NCBI GenBank assembly: GCA_038842485.1
Contig: JAWBSP010000001.1
Span: 1 to 64,000 of the forward strand
Direction of reading: 5' to 3'
Origin: Candidatus Hadarchaeales archaeon
GTDB lineage: Archaea; Hadarchaeota; Hadarchaeia; Hadarchaeales; JAWBSP01
DNA length: 64,000 nt
The position numbers and the translations under genes were made by a program. This document shows positions 47,117 to 56,905 of this stretch, one piece after another (position 1 is the stretch's first letter; each line of letters starts with the position of its first letter). The notes beneath the pieces are model-generated. The model ran no database searches. It was not told the origin of the DNA and was given only the letters and a program-made list of their open reading frames with translations.

Positions 47117-49808
47117 GCAGAACCAGCTCCTCGGCTCTCTGGAGGCTCTCCTCAATCTTCGAGGGATCTCCCCCTCCACCTTGACCCAAGTCGGCTTTCC
47201 CTCCCCCCTTTCCACCCGCGGTTTGAGCCAGCTCGGAGGCAATTCTACCACAGTGGACTCCAGCCCGCACCGCCTCCTCCCCAGCCATAACTAAGAAGCT
47301 AGCTTTTCCCTCTTCCTCCGTTGCTAGGACGACGACTAATTTGGGATCTCTTTTGGTCAAGAACTCACCGACCTTTATTAGTTCGGCGGTCCCCAGGTCT
47401 ATCCTCTCGGCAACGAGCAGCAACTCTCCCACCTTCCTGCTCTTAGCCAGCACGGCATGCCCTAACACTGGGGCGAGCCTCCCCCGCAGCCGCTCCATTT
47501 CTTTAGATGCAGCCTTCCACTCGTTGAAGAGTCTCAGCGTTGCTTGGGGGAGTTCCTCCGGCACGCATCTGAGAATCTCCAGGGCTTTCTCCATCCGTTC
47601 GAATCCCTGTCGGAGAAATCTTACCGCCGCCTCTCCCGCCGCGAATTCTAGGCGCTCCACCCCATCTTGAATGCGCTCCGCCCGCACGATGATGATGGGC
47701 CCCACCTCTCCGGTTCTGGAGCAGTGAGTTCCAGCGCAGGCTTGGACGTTCCATCCCTCAATCTCCACCACTCTCAACCTTGCTCCCGGAACCACCCCAC
47801 CCTGGTACAGAACGAAACCGTACTTCGATTCTGCCTCGTTTCGGTCCATCCACCGGCAGTTGACGGGCAGGTTCTGCATGACGATTCGGTTCGCCAGAAG
47901 TTCAATCTCTCTCAGTTTTTCGTCCGGGATTTTTTCATAGTGGGTGATATCCAGTCTCGAGCTTTCGGGTCCCTTCTGGGCTCCATGCTGCCAGACATGT
48001 GGGCCCAGTACTCTCTTGGCCGCCTCAAGCAGGATGTGCGTGGCGGTATGGTGGCGCATTAGGGAAATTCTGCGCTCCCAATCCAAAATTCCCCTCACCT
48101 TCTCTCCTTTTCTGAAGGGGTTGGAATCCACTCTGTGAACCACCACCTCCCCGAACTTTTGGACCTCGAGAATTTTCACCTTTTTCTCCCCTGAGTGCAA
48201 TTCCCCCGTGTCAGAGGGTTGTCCGCCACCTTCTGGATAGAAGGCCGTCCTGTCCAGAACCACCAAGTCCCCCTCGCTTCCCACAACTTCCGCCTCAAAC
48301 TCCTTTAGATAGGGATTCTCGTAATACAGCAACACGGTGGGCGGGGCGGGCAGCTCTCTCACCCTTCCTCCCTCTCGCGCGGCCGGTGCCGAGGAGTGAA
48401 GCTTTGCCAGCCTGATGTAGAAATCCTCCGGTATCTCGAGCTCCACTCCCCTCTTCGAGCAGATCTCCTTCACAATCTCTGGTGGGAGGCCGTGGCTGTC
48501 GTAGAGGAGAGGAAGCTGGCCCGAGAGATCCACACCCTGCTGGAGCAGTCTTTCCACTATCCGCTCCCCCCTCGAGAGCGTTTCTCTGTACCTTTGCTGT
48601 TCTATTTCGCAGAGGTGCAGGATGTGATCCCTCCACTCCCAGAGTTCGGGGAAGTTCGGTTTTAGCATTTTCAGCTGGGTGTCCATCAAACCGATCAACT
48701 CCTCCTCCAGCCCGAGCTCCCTGAGCAGCCTGATGGTTCGCCTGAGGACGAGCCTAGCGAGATACCCCTCGGCCACATTGCTTGGGGTTATCCCGTCCCC
48801 AAACATGAAGGCGAGGCACCTCAGGTGGTCGGCCACTGCGTAAACCGCCTGCATGGGTCTCAGCAACGAATCCACCCTTTCCAGGCTCTCACCCGTTTTC
48901 TCCGCCACCTTCTGCTTGAGCCATTTGAGCCCCCTCCCGGCATCCACATCCATCAATCCGGCTAGCTTCGAACTCACTTCCAAGAACTTCTCGGGAGGGC
49001 GCGGTACTTTAGCCAGCCCACGGATTCGCTCCACAAGTGGACCGAAAATCGAATCATACGAAGTGGGATCCCCCCTTGAGAGCCATACCAGACGTTCAAG
49101 CCCATAGCCAGTATCGACGATGTTGAGGGGAAGAGGCTCGTAGGTACCATTCCTGATGGCATACCTCATGAAGACCAGAGTTGCAACCTCCAGCCCGCGA
49201 ACATTCACCTCAAAATCCTCGCCCGCGTTCCCTCCTCCTTCCCACCTCCCCTCAACATAGTTTATCTCTTCCGCTGGAATTCCCAGACGCTCGGTTAAGA
49301 ATTCGTGACAAAGTTCAACCGTCTCGTGGTTCCAGTAAATTGCTCTTTCCTTTGAGTTGAAGGCATGGTGACCTCCCATGAAGAAGAGGGTAAAGTGCTT
49401 CCCTGAGCACCCCACATTGTCGATATCCTTTAGTCTTATGCTCGGCTGGCTTACCACTAGAGGGTTGGCTGGTGGTGGAACCAGTCCAGAGGTCACCCAA
49501 GGCTGGAAGTTCGCGATGGAGGCAATGGTGAGATAGATGTCATCTCTCCAGCGAGCCACCACCGGATATCTCTTTATCACCTTGTGCCCTCGCTCCTCGA
49601 AGAATCTCAAGAACTCCCGCTCCATCTCGGCCAATTCGTAAGACCTGCTAGTGGGCGGATTACCCAAAAAGGTGTATTCATCGCAGGGGCTGTCCCCACA
49701 CGTCTTGCGTTCACGCTCTAGGGTCCAGAAGTTCCTTCCGCACGAGGCACATGTTTTACGCATAAACCCCTGCCGCTCGAACATTCGAATTCGATAGATA
49801 TCCATCAA
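47100..49808 (-). CDS. alaS: Alanyl-tRNA synthetase
   Basis: RYPVVARWRDD, DTGYGLER, ADH, FYPEGGGQPSD, HTATH, CAGTH, GGKGGG. Confidence 0.97.
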   Translation of the reverse strand: MMDIYRIRMFERQGFMRKTCASCGRNFWTLERERKTCGDSPCDEYTFLGNPPTSRSYELAEMEREFLRFFEERGHKVIKRYPVVARWRDDIYLTIASIANFQPWVTSGLVPPPANPLVVSQPSIRLKDIDNVGCSGKHFTLFFMGGHHAFNSKERAIYWNHETVELCHEFLTERLGIPAEEINYVEGRWEGGGNAGEDFEVNVRGLEVATLVFMRYAIRNGTYEPLPLNIVDTGYGLERLVWLSRGDPTSYDSIFGPLVERIRGLAKVPRPPEKFLEVSSKLAGLMDVDAGRGLKWLKQKVAEKTGESLERVDSLLRPMQAVYAVADHLRCLAFMFGDGITPSNVAEGYLARLVLRRTIRLLRELGLEEELIGLMDTQLKMLKPNFPELWEWRDHILHLCEIEQQRYRETLSRGERIVERLLQQGVDLSGQLPLLYDSHGLPPEIVKEICSKRGVELEIPEDFYIRLAKLHSSAPAAREGGRVRELPAPPTVLLYYENPYLKEFEAEVVGSEGDLVVLDRTAFYPEGGGQPSDTGELHSGEKKVKILEVQKFGEVVVHRVDSNPFRKGEKVRGILDWERRISLMRHHTATHILLEAAKRVLGPHVWQHGAQKGPESSRLDITHYEKIPDEKLREIELLANRIVMQNLPVNCRWMDRNEAESKYGFVLYQGGVVPGARLRVVEIEGWNVQACAGTHCSRTGEVGPIIIVRAERIQDGVERLEFAAGEAAVRFLRQGFERMEKALEILRCVPEELPQATLRLFNEWKAASKEMERLRGRLAPVLGHAVLAKSRKVGELLLVAERIDLGTAELIKVGEFLTKRDPKLVVVLATEEEGKASFLVMAGEEAVRAGVHCGRIASELAQTAGGKGGGKADLGQGGGGDPSKIEESLQRAEELVLREAQS

Positions 49809-49956
49809 GTTTTGCGTTTGGGAGTAAGTGTTTTTATCGTCAATTCCGCGAGATTTCTAGGAGGCTAGCAAGATTGAGGAAACGCTCGTTTATCTTTGAG
49901 GGTTTGGGGATTGAGGATTTTGTCACCGTGATGAAGGGAACAATTATATCAAAATC

Positions 49957-52365
49957 TTATCTGCTCAAGTGTTTCCCAGATTTTAGGTCCAGTCCCTTGC
50001 CCAGATCGATAGAAGAGACAAGCTCAACCCGTGTGGGTTCACCTTTGCTTTTCTCCCTGCTCAGACGATAGAGATACCCGCTCGCCGCCGCCTCGAGGGC
50101 TTCCTCGTGGGTGATCAGGATAACCTGTTTGATCTCCTCGGGCAGGCGTTCTCTCAGCATCTCGGCCACCTCTGCGATCACGTTTCTGTCTAGATTGTGG
50201 GTGGGCTCGTCCAGCACGATCCAACCTAATTTGGGGGAGAGGGCGAGGGCGAAGGCCATGCGCATGGTCAGGCAGGCAGCCGCTCGCTCCCCCCCGCTGA
50301 CCGGCCCCTCTAGATCCACCCAATCCCCTCGTCTGTTTCGAAGCTGGAAGAGGTACTCTCCGTCCTTCACACGCAGGGCCAGCCCCGTGAAGTCCCCATA
50401 GGGATAGATTTCAGACCACAGCCTCCCCATTAGGTCGTTCACCACCTCCACGAACTCCTCTCTCAAAACCGCTTGTGTGTGAGCCAAGGCCTGCTGTACC
50501 TTCAGGAAGTACTCCGAGGCGAGATGCGTGTGCTTCACCTCCGCCTCAAGCCTCCTCATCTCCTTCCTTCCTGCCTCCAGCTCCCGTGCCCGTTCTCTCT
50601 CTAGGGTAAGCATCTCGCGCAGGCCCCTCACGCTACTTTCGAGCTTTCCTCTCTCCTCCCTGAGCCTCGCAAGCTCGGCCTCGAGCGTTCTGAGCCTTCT
50701 CTCGTCAAATCTTTTTCTCTTCTCCACGAGCAGCTGGTTCAGCTTCAGTTCCTCAGCCTGATTTTTCTCTAGCTCCTTCTCAAGGCTCTCAAGCTGCTCC
50801 CTTAGGTGAACTCTCCTCTCCGCCTCCTGGCTCTTGGTTCGCATCTCCTCTTCCTCCCTCCTGAGTCCTGTCAGAGTTGAATTCAGTAAGGCAAGTTCAT
50901 CGCTGGCGATTTTCAGATCTCTCTCCAGCTCGGCCGCTCTCTCCAAGTGCCTAGCTCTCTCCCTCTCAAGTTCCTCCCTTCCTTCCGACTCTATTCTCAA
51001 TCTTTCTGCTTCTCTCCAGAGCTGCTCCTTGGTCCTCCTCTCCCTCTCAACCTGCTCCCCTTCCCTCCTGAGTTCCTCCTCTCTCCGTTTCAGCTCCTCC
51101 AGTTTATCCCGCTTGCTGGAGAGGAGGGAGAGTTTCTTCCCCTCGTCTAGAGGGCTCTCGCACACCGGGCACTTGGCCGAGGCATGCTGGAGTTCCTCTA
51201 AGCTCCTAGCGATTTCCTCGAGCTGTGCTCTGATTTCAGCTTTCTCTCTCACCAGCCTGTTTTCGGTCTCTTGGAGGGTCCGAAGCTCCGCCTCCACTCG
51301 CTCAGGATTTAGTTCTTGAAGTCTCTTCGCGATCTCTAACTTCTTGTTTATCTCCGCCGCGAGCTGCTTGGCTTGGCTTAAATGCATGTCGCGCTCCCCC
51401 TTCGCCCTCTCAACCTCCCCAAGCTTGCGCGCGTGAGCCTCCTCCACCGATTTTTTCTTTTTTGAGACCTCCTCCAGCCCCTCGGAAAGTCGCCGTGCCT
51501 CCTCTTGTAATTGGCTTACCGGGTACTCGGCCTGAGGACCTAGGATTTCCCTGAGCCGGTCCCTCTGTACTCGGTAGGCTCGAACGTACTCTCTGACCCC
51601 ATGCAATCTTTTTTCCAGCCCCACCAGCTCCTCATCGAGTTGCTGTAGGGTGCGGAACTCAGCATCCTTGCTCTGCAGTTCCCTTTCCACCTCCTCCTTT
51701 CTTCGCTCCTCCTCCGCAAGTCTTCTCTCCAAATCCCTGATTCTCTCGCCCAACTCCCTCAGTTTGTCTTCTATTCCCTCTTTCCGGAGGGTTGCAAGCC
51801 TCTCCTCCCCCTTTCCGGCCAGTGTGGCGAGCATCTTGCCCAGCGAGCCAGCCTTCTTCCTCGCCTCCTCCAGCTTGTCGATACCCAGAAGCTCGTCAAT
51901 TTTCCTCTTTCTGTCCTTCTCTGTCAGTAGCAGATCGAGCTGGTCCTGCTCCGAGTACACGGCTCTCTCGTAGAGCTCATAGTCCATCTCCAGCAGCTCC
52001 TGTATGTAGGAGGTTACTCGCTCCGCCCCCTCTGCCAACAGTTCCCCGTCCCGGCGGAGTTCAGCTCGACTTGGGGAACCGCGCCTTATCTCCCTCTTGA
52101 CCGTGAACTCTCCCCCGTCTGGCCCTTGGAAGGAGACTTCAACCGTGGCCCTGTCGACCTGTGGGCTGTCCCTGATAAGTTCCTCCTGCTTGATGGTTCG
52201 CTTCTTGAGCTTGGGAACCGTCCCGAAGAGGGCGAACGAGATGGCTTCAAGCACGCTGGTCTTTCCCCCGCCGTTGGGGCCCACCAAGATGTTGGTTCCC
52301 TCCCCAAAGCGAAGCTCGGTTCGCTCGTGCGACTTCCAGTTCTCGAGCTTGACGCTGGTGATCAA
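49957..52365 (-). CDS. rad50: DNA double-strand break repair ATPase Rad50
   Basis: GPNGGGKTS, coiled coils, Zn hook CPVC, SGGE, LDEPT, ITH. Confidence 0.93.
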   Translation of the reverse strand: MITSVKLENWKSHERTELRFGEGTNILVGPNGGGKTSVLEAISFALFGTVPKLKKRTIKQEELIRDSPQVDRATVEVSFQGPDGGEFTVKREIRRGSPSRAELRRDGELLAEGAERVTSYIQELLEMDYELYERAVYSEQDQLDLLLTEKDRKRKIDELLGIDKLEEARKKAGSLGKMLATLAGKGEERLATLRKEGIEDKLRELGERIRDLERRLAEEERRKEEVERELQSKDAEFRTLQQLDEELVGLEKRLHGVREYVRAYRVQRDRLREILGPQAEYPVSQLQEEARRLSEGLEEVSKKKKSVEEAHARKLGEVERAKGERDMHLSQAKQLAAEINKKLEIAKRLQELNPERVEAELRTLQETENRLVREKAEIRAQLEEIARSLEELQHASAKCPVCESPLDEGKKLSLLSSKRDKLEELKRREEELRREGEQVERERRTKEQLWREAERLRIESEGREELERERARHLERAAELERDLKIASDELALLNSTLTGLRREEEEMRTKSQEAERRVHLREQLESLEKELEKNQAEELKLNQLLVEKRKRFDERRLRTLEAELARLREERGKLESSVRGLREMLTLERERARELEAGRKEMRRLEAEVKHTHLASEYFLKVQQALAHTQAVLREEFVEVVNDLMGRLWSEIYPYGDFTGLALRVKDGEYLFQLRNRRGDWVDLEGPVSGGERAAACLTMRMAFALALSPKLGWIVLDEPTHNLDRNVIAEVAEMLRERLPEEIKQVILITHEEALEAAASGYLYRLSREKSKGEPTRVELVSSIDLGKGLDLKSGKHLSR

Positions 52366-53624
52366 TCCTCCACCTCCGCCCGAACCCGCGCGGCTAGAAC
52401 CTCCTCCACTTTTTTCCCCACTATCTCCTCTTTCTCTTCCGTCAGCAGGTGGTACAGATCGGTGATGCTAAAGAGGGGCTCCCTCACCAGATCCTTGAGG
52501 TATTCCTCGAGCAGCCTAAGGGTCCTATCGCGGAGAGAGAGCGGGCGCTCCCTGAGTTCTCTCACTAGCTCTGCCTTTTTCGAGACAAGCTCCGAAAGGA
52601 GTCTAGTTCTGTCGATTTCTATCAGCGCCCTGTCGGAGAATTCCTCGATTATCCTTTGGGGATCAAACTCGCTTCCTAGTACACCTTTGGCTAGGGTGCC
52701 TATGAGTCTCAGCTTGATTAGGGGAGGCTTTGGATTCCTTCGAGGTCTGGAGAGAACCTCCTCCACCCGCTGTTTTGTCATCTCGGTCAGCTCTCTGAGT
52801 CCCACCCCTTCCACCCTTAGCTCCTCAAAGAAAAAGTCCCTTGGAGTCTCAAGCTCGACGAATTCCCAGCTTGTCACATCTGAGAGGTCAACGAGATAGA
52901 AGCCCTTCACCCTTTCGGTCTCGAGCAACTGTGTGCGTTCGGTTGAGCCAGGGAAGAGGAGGGGTTTTCCCCTAACCTCAATCTCAGCCCTGCAGTGTAC
53001 ATGCCCGCAGACGTAGAGATCAAATCCTTCTGGGAGATCCCCAAGCTGAATCCGTGCTTGTTCCCTATCTTGAAAGACGAAGGAGCCGAGGGACTGATGG
53101 AGCATGAGGACGTTCTTGGCCCCCTCCACTGGTCTGGGCCTCCACTGTTTCAGGGCCTCGAGTGAGTACCGCTCGGGGACGTGGCTCATGCCGTGGACGG
53201 CCAACTTTTCGTCTCCAATTTTGAGGACAATGGTGTCTCGATGGAGGTAGACTAGGGTGCCCGTGGCCTCCAGCATCTCCATGATATTTGTCTGGCCCTT
53301 GGAGCGCAACTCGTGGTTCCCGTGGAGGGAGAGGACCGGCGTGCCCCTAAGGGCCTCAGACCTAACCTCTTTCCCCCCGCACCAGGCAACTGCGGAGTCG
53401 TGTTTGAACCTGAGGTTAAGGATCTTCAGGGTACGGATGACAACCTCCAGCGGCGGAACAGGTTTCTCGAAGAGATCCCCACCGAGCAAGATGAGGTCTG
53501 CCCCCCTTTCAACCGCCTTAGTGAAAGCCTCCTCCGCCTGTATGAAGGCATCCTCGAAGCGTGGCGTTCCCCGCTTGAAACCCAAGTGATTGTCGGAAAT
53601 GATCGCTAGTCTCATGCCATTCAC
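52362..53624 (-). CDS. mre11: DNA repair nuclease Mre11
   Basis: SDNHLG, GGDLF, HGNHE, LHQ, GHVH, PGSTER; overlaps rad50. Confidence 0.9.
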   Translation of the reverse strand: MNGMRLAIISDNHLGFKRGTPRFEDAFIQAEEAFTKAVERGADLILLGGDLFEKPVPPLEVVIRTLKILNLRFKHDSAVAWCGGKEVRSEALRGTPVLSLHGNHELRSKGQTNIMEMLEATGTLVYLHRDTIVLKIGDEKLAVHGMSHVPERYSLEALKQWRPRPVEGAKNVLMLHQSLGSFVFQDREQARIQLGDLPEGFDLYVCGHVHCRAEIEVRGKPLLFPGSTERTQLLETERVKGFYLVDLSDVTSWEFVELETPRDFFFEELRVEGVGLRELTEMTKQRVEEVLSRPRRNPKPPLIKLRLIGTLAKGVLGSEFDPQRIIEEFSDRALIEIDRTRLLSELVSKKAELVRELRERPLSLRDRTLRLLEEYLKDLVREPLFSITDLYHLLTEEKEEIVGKKVEEVLAARVRAEVED

Positions 53625-53683
53625 TTTGCTTCACGTTCTTAAAGGGGTGCAGCAAGATTTTTCACCGTGGCGGAATTTTTTGA

Positions 53684-54865
53684 ATGTTTGAGCCTTGGAC
53701 GGAGAAGTACCGCCCCAGGAGTATGAAGGAAGTGGTCGGGCAACCGGGGGCGGTCTCGCAGATGCTCGATTGGGCCAAAAAATGGGCTAGGGGTAGGGTG
53801 AAACCTCCCGCTCTCCTCCTTTATGGCCCCCATGGAACCGGAAAAACCTCGGCTGCCCTTGCGCTGGCCAGCGAGATGGGATGGGAGGTTTTGGAGCTTA
53901 ACGCGAGCGATGAGAGGACCTACGAGAGCATAAAGAGGTTTGGGGCCGGGGCGACCATGGGCTCGCTGATGGGTAGGAGAAAGCTCCTCCTGCTCGACGA
54001 GGCAGACAACTTGGAGCGTGGGGGACACCGGGCCGTAGTGGAGCTCTTGGAGAGGACGGCGAACCCCGTGATTCTGACGGCAACCTCCAACCGAGACGTG
54101 CCGGAGGGGATTAGGAAGTACTGTTTGGAGATTCAGTTCAGAAGGATCGCTGTTTCAACCATAGTCAACGTTCTGAGAAAGGTGTGCGATGCCGAGAAAA
54201 TCAAGGTGGAGGAGGGGGTGCTTGAAACCATTGCCGAGGGTTCAAAAGGCGATCTGCGGGCGGCCATCAACGATCTTCAAGTCACCTGTTCGGGCGTGGA
54301 ATACGTTTCGAAAAGGGAGGTCTTTACCTCTCCTAGGTTAGCGGAGCTCAACATCTTTCAGGTTCTCGGGGTCCTGCTCAAGGCACGAACCTGCTCAGAG
54401 GCAAGGAACCTGCTCTTCTCCTTAGACATGCCTCCGGAGGACGCACTCAGCTGGATAAGTGAAAACGTACCCAGAATGCTGAAGGAGCCAGAAGACTTGG
54501 AGCGCGTTTACAATTTCCTGTCCGAGGCAGATCTCTTCAGGGCCAGACTTTCTAGGAGGCAGGCATACAGGCTGGAGAAGTACATGTGTGATCTGATGAC
54601 TGCCGGGGTGGCCGTGAGCAGGAGAGGGGAGGTCTCCTTTGTGAGGTTTCAGTTTCCCACCGCCGGGGTGATGTTCGCTAGGGGGAGGGGAGCTAGGGCG
54701 CTCCGGGAGAGCATTTCCGAGAAGCTTGCCCGTCATTGCCACACCTCCGCCCACCATTCCAGAAGGGATCTGCTTCCCTACCTCCTCCTCATCCTGAAGA
54801 AGGCTCCATCCATCGCTGAGGTGCTGCAGCTCACGGAGGAGGAGAGGGACTTCATAGGCGCATGA
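53684..54865 (+). CDS. rfcL: Replication factor C large subunit (short form)
   Basis: WTEKYRP, GPHGTGKT, ELNASDER, DEAD, GDLRAAINDLQ, WISEN. Confidence 0.9.
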   Translation: MFEPWTEKYRPRSMKEVVGQPGAVSQMLDWAKKWARGRVKPPALLLYGPHGTGKTSAALALASEMGWEVLELNASDERTYESIKRFGAGATMGSLMGRRKLLLLDEADNLERGGHRAVVELLERTANPVILTATSNRDVPEGIRKYCLEIQFRRIAVSTIVNVLRKVCDAEKIKVEEGVLETIAEGSKGDLRAAINDLQVTCSGVEYVSKREVFTSPRLAELNIFQVLGVLLKARTCSEARNLLFSLDMPPEDALSWISENVPRMLKEPEDLERVYNFLSEADLFRARLSRRQAYRLEKYMCDLMTAGVAVSRRGEVSFVRFQFPTAGVMFARGRGARALRESISEKLARHCHTSAHHSRRDLLPYLLLILKKAPSIAEVLQLTEEERDFIGA

Positions 54866-55962
54866 GGGTGGTAAAGAGGCCCGAGCTGGGCAAATTGGTC
54901 ACCCCCCTCCCCAACCGTAGGCTTCCCGTCCACAACTGGTTCCTGCCCAAGGAGGGTTTCTCGCGAGATTTGGTGGCGATGTTGATCAACAGCTTCTGGC
55001 TGTACAAGGGGGACCTGGTGCTGGATCCCTTCGTGGGTGGCGGAACCACCTGCCTCACCTGCAAGGAGTTCGGGATAGACTCGCTGGGTCTCGACGTGCA
55101 CCCTCTCATGCTCCTCATGGCCAGGGCCAAAACGCAGGACTATGAGGTCGCGAAGCTTGAGGAAAAGGTACAGGGGGTTCTGAAGGCCCCCCCGGCTGAG
55201 CCACCCGAGAGGCTCTCCAGGTTTTTCCCCCGCCCGGTGCTGCAGGAAATCTGGGGCCTGCGGCAGGAAATCCTGCAGGTCGAGGGGGAGGTCAGGGACT
55301 TTCTGCTGGTGGGCCTGCTCCGGGCTGCCATGGAGTGCTCCTGGGCGTACAAGGATGGGGCAGTGGTTAAAGTCAGAAGAAGACCCCTTCCCTCCTTCCG
55401 GGAAACCCTATCAAAGACTTTGGGGTGGATGCTAGACGACCTGAGGCGGCTCAAGACCAAGCCAGCTCGAACCGAGATCCGCGACTCGGACGCGAGGTTG
55501 GGAATCGAGGAGGAGGTGGATGCGGTGATCACCTCACCCCCCTACCTGAACAAGTCTGAGTACTGCACCTCTTACTGGGTGGAGGAAGAAATCTGTGGGC
55601 TGGAGAGGAGAGGTCCCGAGGTCTTCCTAGGGAGCACGCCGGTCCGGAAGAGCATTCCTGAGGTTGACAAGGTGCTACCTGAGCAAACGGAGGAGGTCAG
55701 GGCCTACTTCTACGACATGTTCCAGGTGTTCGAGCGACTTCAGGTTTCCTGCAGGAGAGGGGCAAAGGTAGCCCTAATCACCTCGGATGCCGGCTTCAGG
55801 GACAGGGTGGTGGAGGTCTGTCTTCCGCTCTGCCAGCTCGCGGAGGAGGTGGGGTTTAAGGCAAGAAAGATGCTGGTGGTCAACGAGAGGTTCTGCACCA
55901 CTCCCTCGAGGAGGAAAATAGGAAAGATAAAGGAAGCCCTGTTGTTTTTTGAAAAGCAGTAG
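54862..55962 (+). CDS. Orphan amino-methyltransferase (N4-C/N6-A type)
   Basis: HNWF...EGFS, DPFVGGGTT, later ITSPPY; no adjacent restriction endonuclease. Confidence 0.8.
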   Translation: MRVVKRPELGKLVTPLPNRRLPVHNWFLPKEGFSRDLVAMLINSFWLYKGDLVLDPFVGGGTTCLTCKEFGIDSLGLDVHPLMLLMARAKTQDYEVAKLEEKVQGVLKAPPAEPPERLSRFFPRPVLQEIWGLRQEILQVEGEVRDFLLVGLLRAAMECSWAYKDGAVVKVRRRPLPSFRETLSKTLGWMLDDLRRLKTKPARTEIRDSDARLGIEEEVDAVITSPPYLNKSEYCTSYWVEEEICGLERRGPEVFLGSTPVRKSIPEVDKVLPEQTEEVRAYFYDMFQVFERLQVSCRRGAKVALITSDAGFRDRVVEVCLPLCQLAEEVGFKARKMLVVNERFCTTPSRRKIGKIKEALLFFEKQ

Positions 55963-55963
55963 T

Positions 55964-56905
55964 TCACCCACCGGCGGGACCCGCACCAGAACACTGGAAT
56001 CCAACAGAAGTTTGTGGTGCCTTGAAGAATGGCTCCTTCAGCTGGGTGGCCCGCAGGAAGGCCCCCCTCGCCGCCTCCAAATCTCCCTTCCTGATAGGTG
56101 TTAGGAGATCTACCAAGTTGTCGTTCCTCATCAGACAGGGTTTGAGGTAACCATCGGGCGTTAGACGCAGACGGGTGCAGTGCAGGCAGAACTCGGTGTT
56201 GTGCATGGAGCGCACCACCTCAACCTCGCATTCGGGGAGGAGGAATTTTCTCCTAAAGTGCATTTCCCTTCTCTCGACCTTAAGAGCCCTCCTCTCCAGC
56301 TTTTTCTCAACCGGGGAGAGGTCGAGCCAGAAGGGTTGCAGGTCGGGACGGATGGGCAGAAGTTCAATCAGCTGCAACACCAACCCCTTCTCGGAGCAGA
56401 ACCGGATCATGGGTTCCACCTCCTCCTCGTTCACTCCCTTGAGAACCACCATGTTGAGTTTCACGGGTTTGAGCCCCGCCTCAACTGCCGCCACGATCCC
56501 CTCCAAGACCCGCTGGAGCAGAGGTCTCCTCGTGATGCGTTCGTAGTTTCTGGGATCTAGCGTGGGAAGGTCGATGTTGACACGCCTCAGGCCGGCTCGT
56601 GCGAGTTTTTGGGCGAGGGGTGCTAGCAGGGTCCCGTTGGTGGTCATGGAGAGATCCAGTCCCGGGTTTCTCTCTAGTACCTCTGGTAGGTCTTTCCTGA
56701 GGAGGGGCTCCCCGCCCGTAAGCTTGATCTCCGAGATCCCGAGTTCTCGGGCGAGCTGCAGGATTTCAGCGAGTTCTTGGGTGCCCATCTGTCTCGGGCC
56801 TGGTGCGCAACCCTCTAGGTGGCAGTAGAAGCAGCTGAGGTTGCACTCCTGGGTGAGGGAGATCCTCAGTCCAGTTACCCTCCTTCCGAGCGGATCAACG
56901 AGCAA
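55964..56905 (-). CDS. moaA: GTP 3',8-cyclase
   Basis: CNLSCFYC, TGGEP, TTNG, KLN, CLHCTRLR...KPCL. Confidence 0.94.
   Translation of the reverse strand: MLVDPLGRRVTGLRISLTQECNLSCFYCHLEGCAPGPRQMGTQELAEILQLARELGISEIKLTGGEPLLRKDLPEVLERNPGLDLSMTTNGTLLAPLAQKLARAGLRRVNIDLPTLDPRNYERITRRPLLQRVLEGIVAAVEAGLKPVKLNMVVLKGVNEEEVEPMIRFCSEKGLVLQLIELLPIRPDLQPFWLDLSPVEKKLERRALKVERREMHFRRKFLLPECEVEVVRSMHNTEFCLHCTRLRLTPDGYLKPCLMRNDNLVDLLTPIRKGDLEAARGAFLRATQLKEPFFKAPQTSVGFQCSGAGPAGG

Noticed and set aside
49809-49956. Intergenic gap with GTGATGA and repeated GATTGAGGA
   Set aside because: No box D at a proper distance and no convincing ORF or fold.
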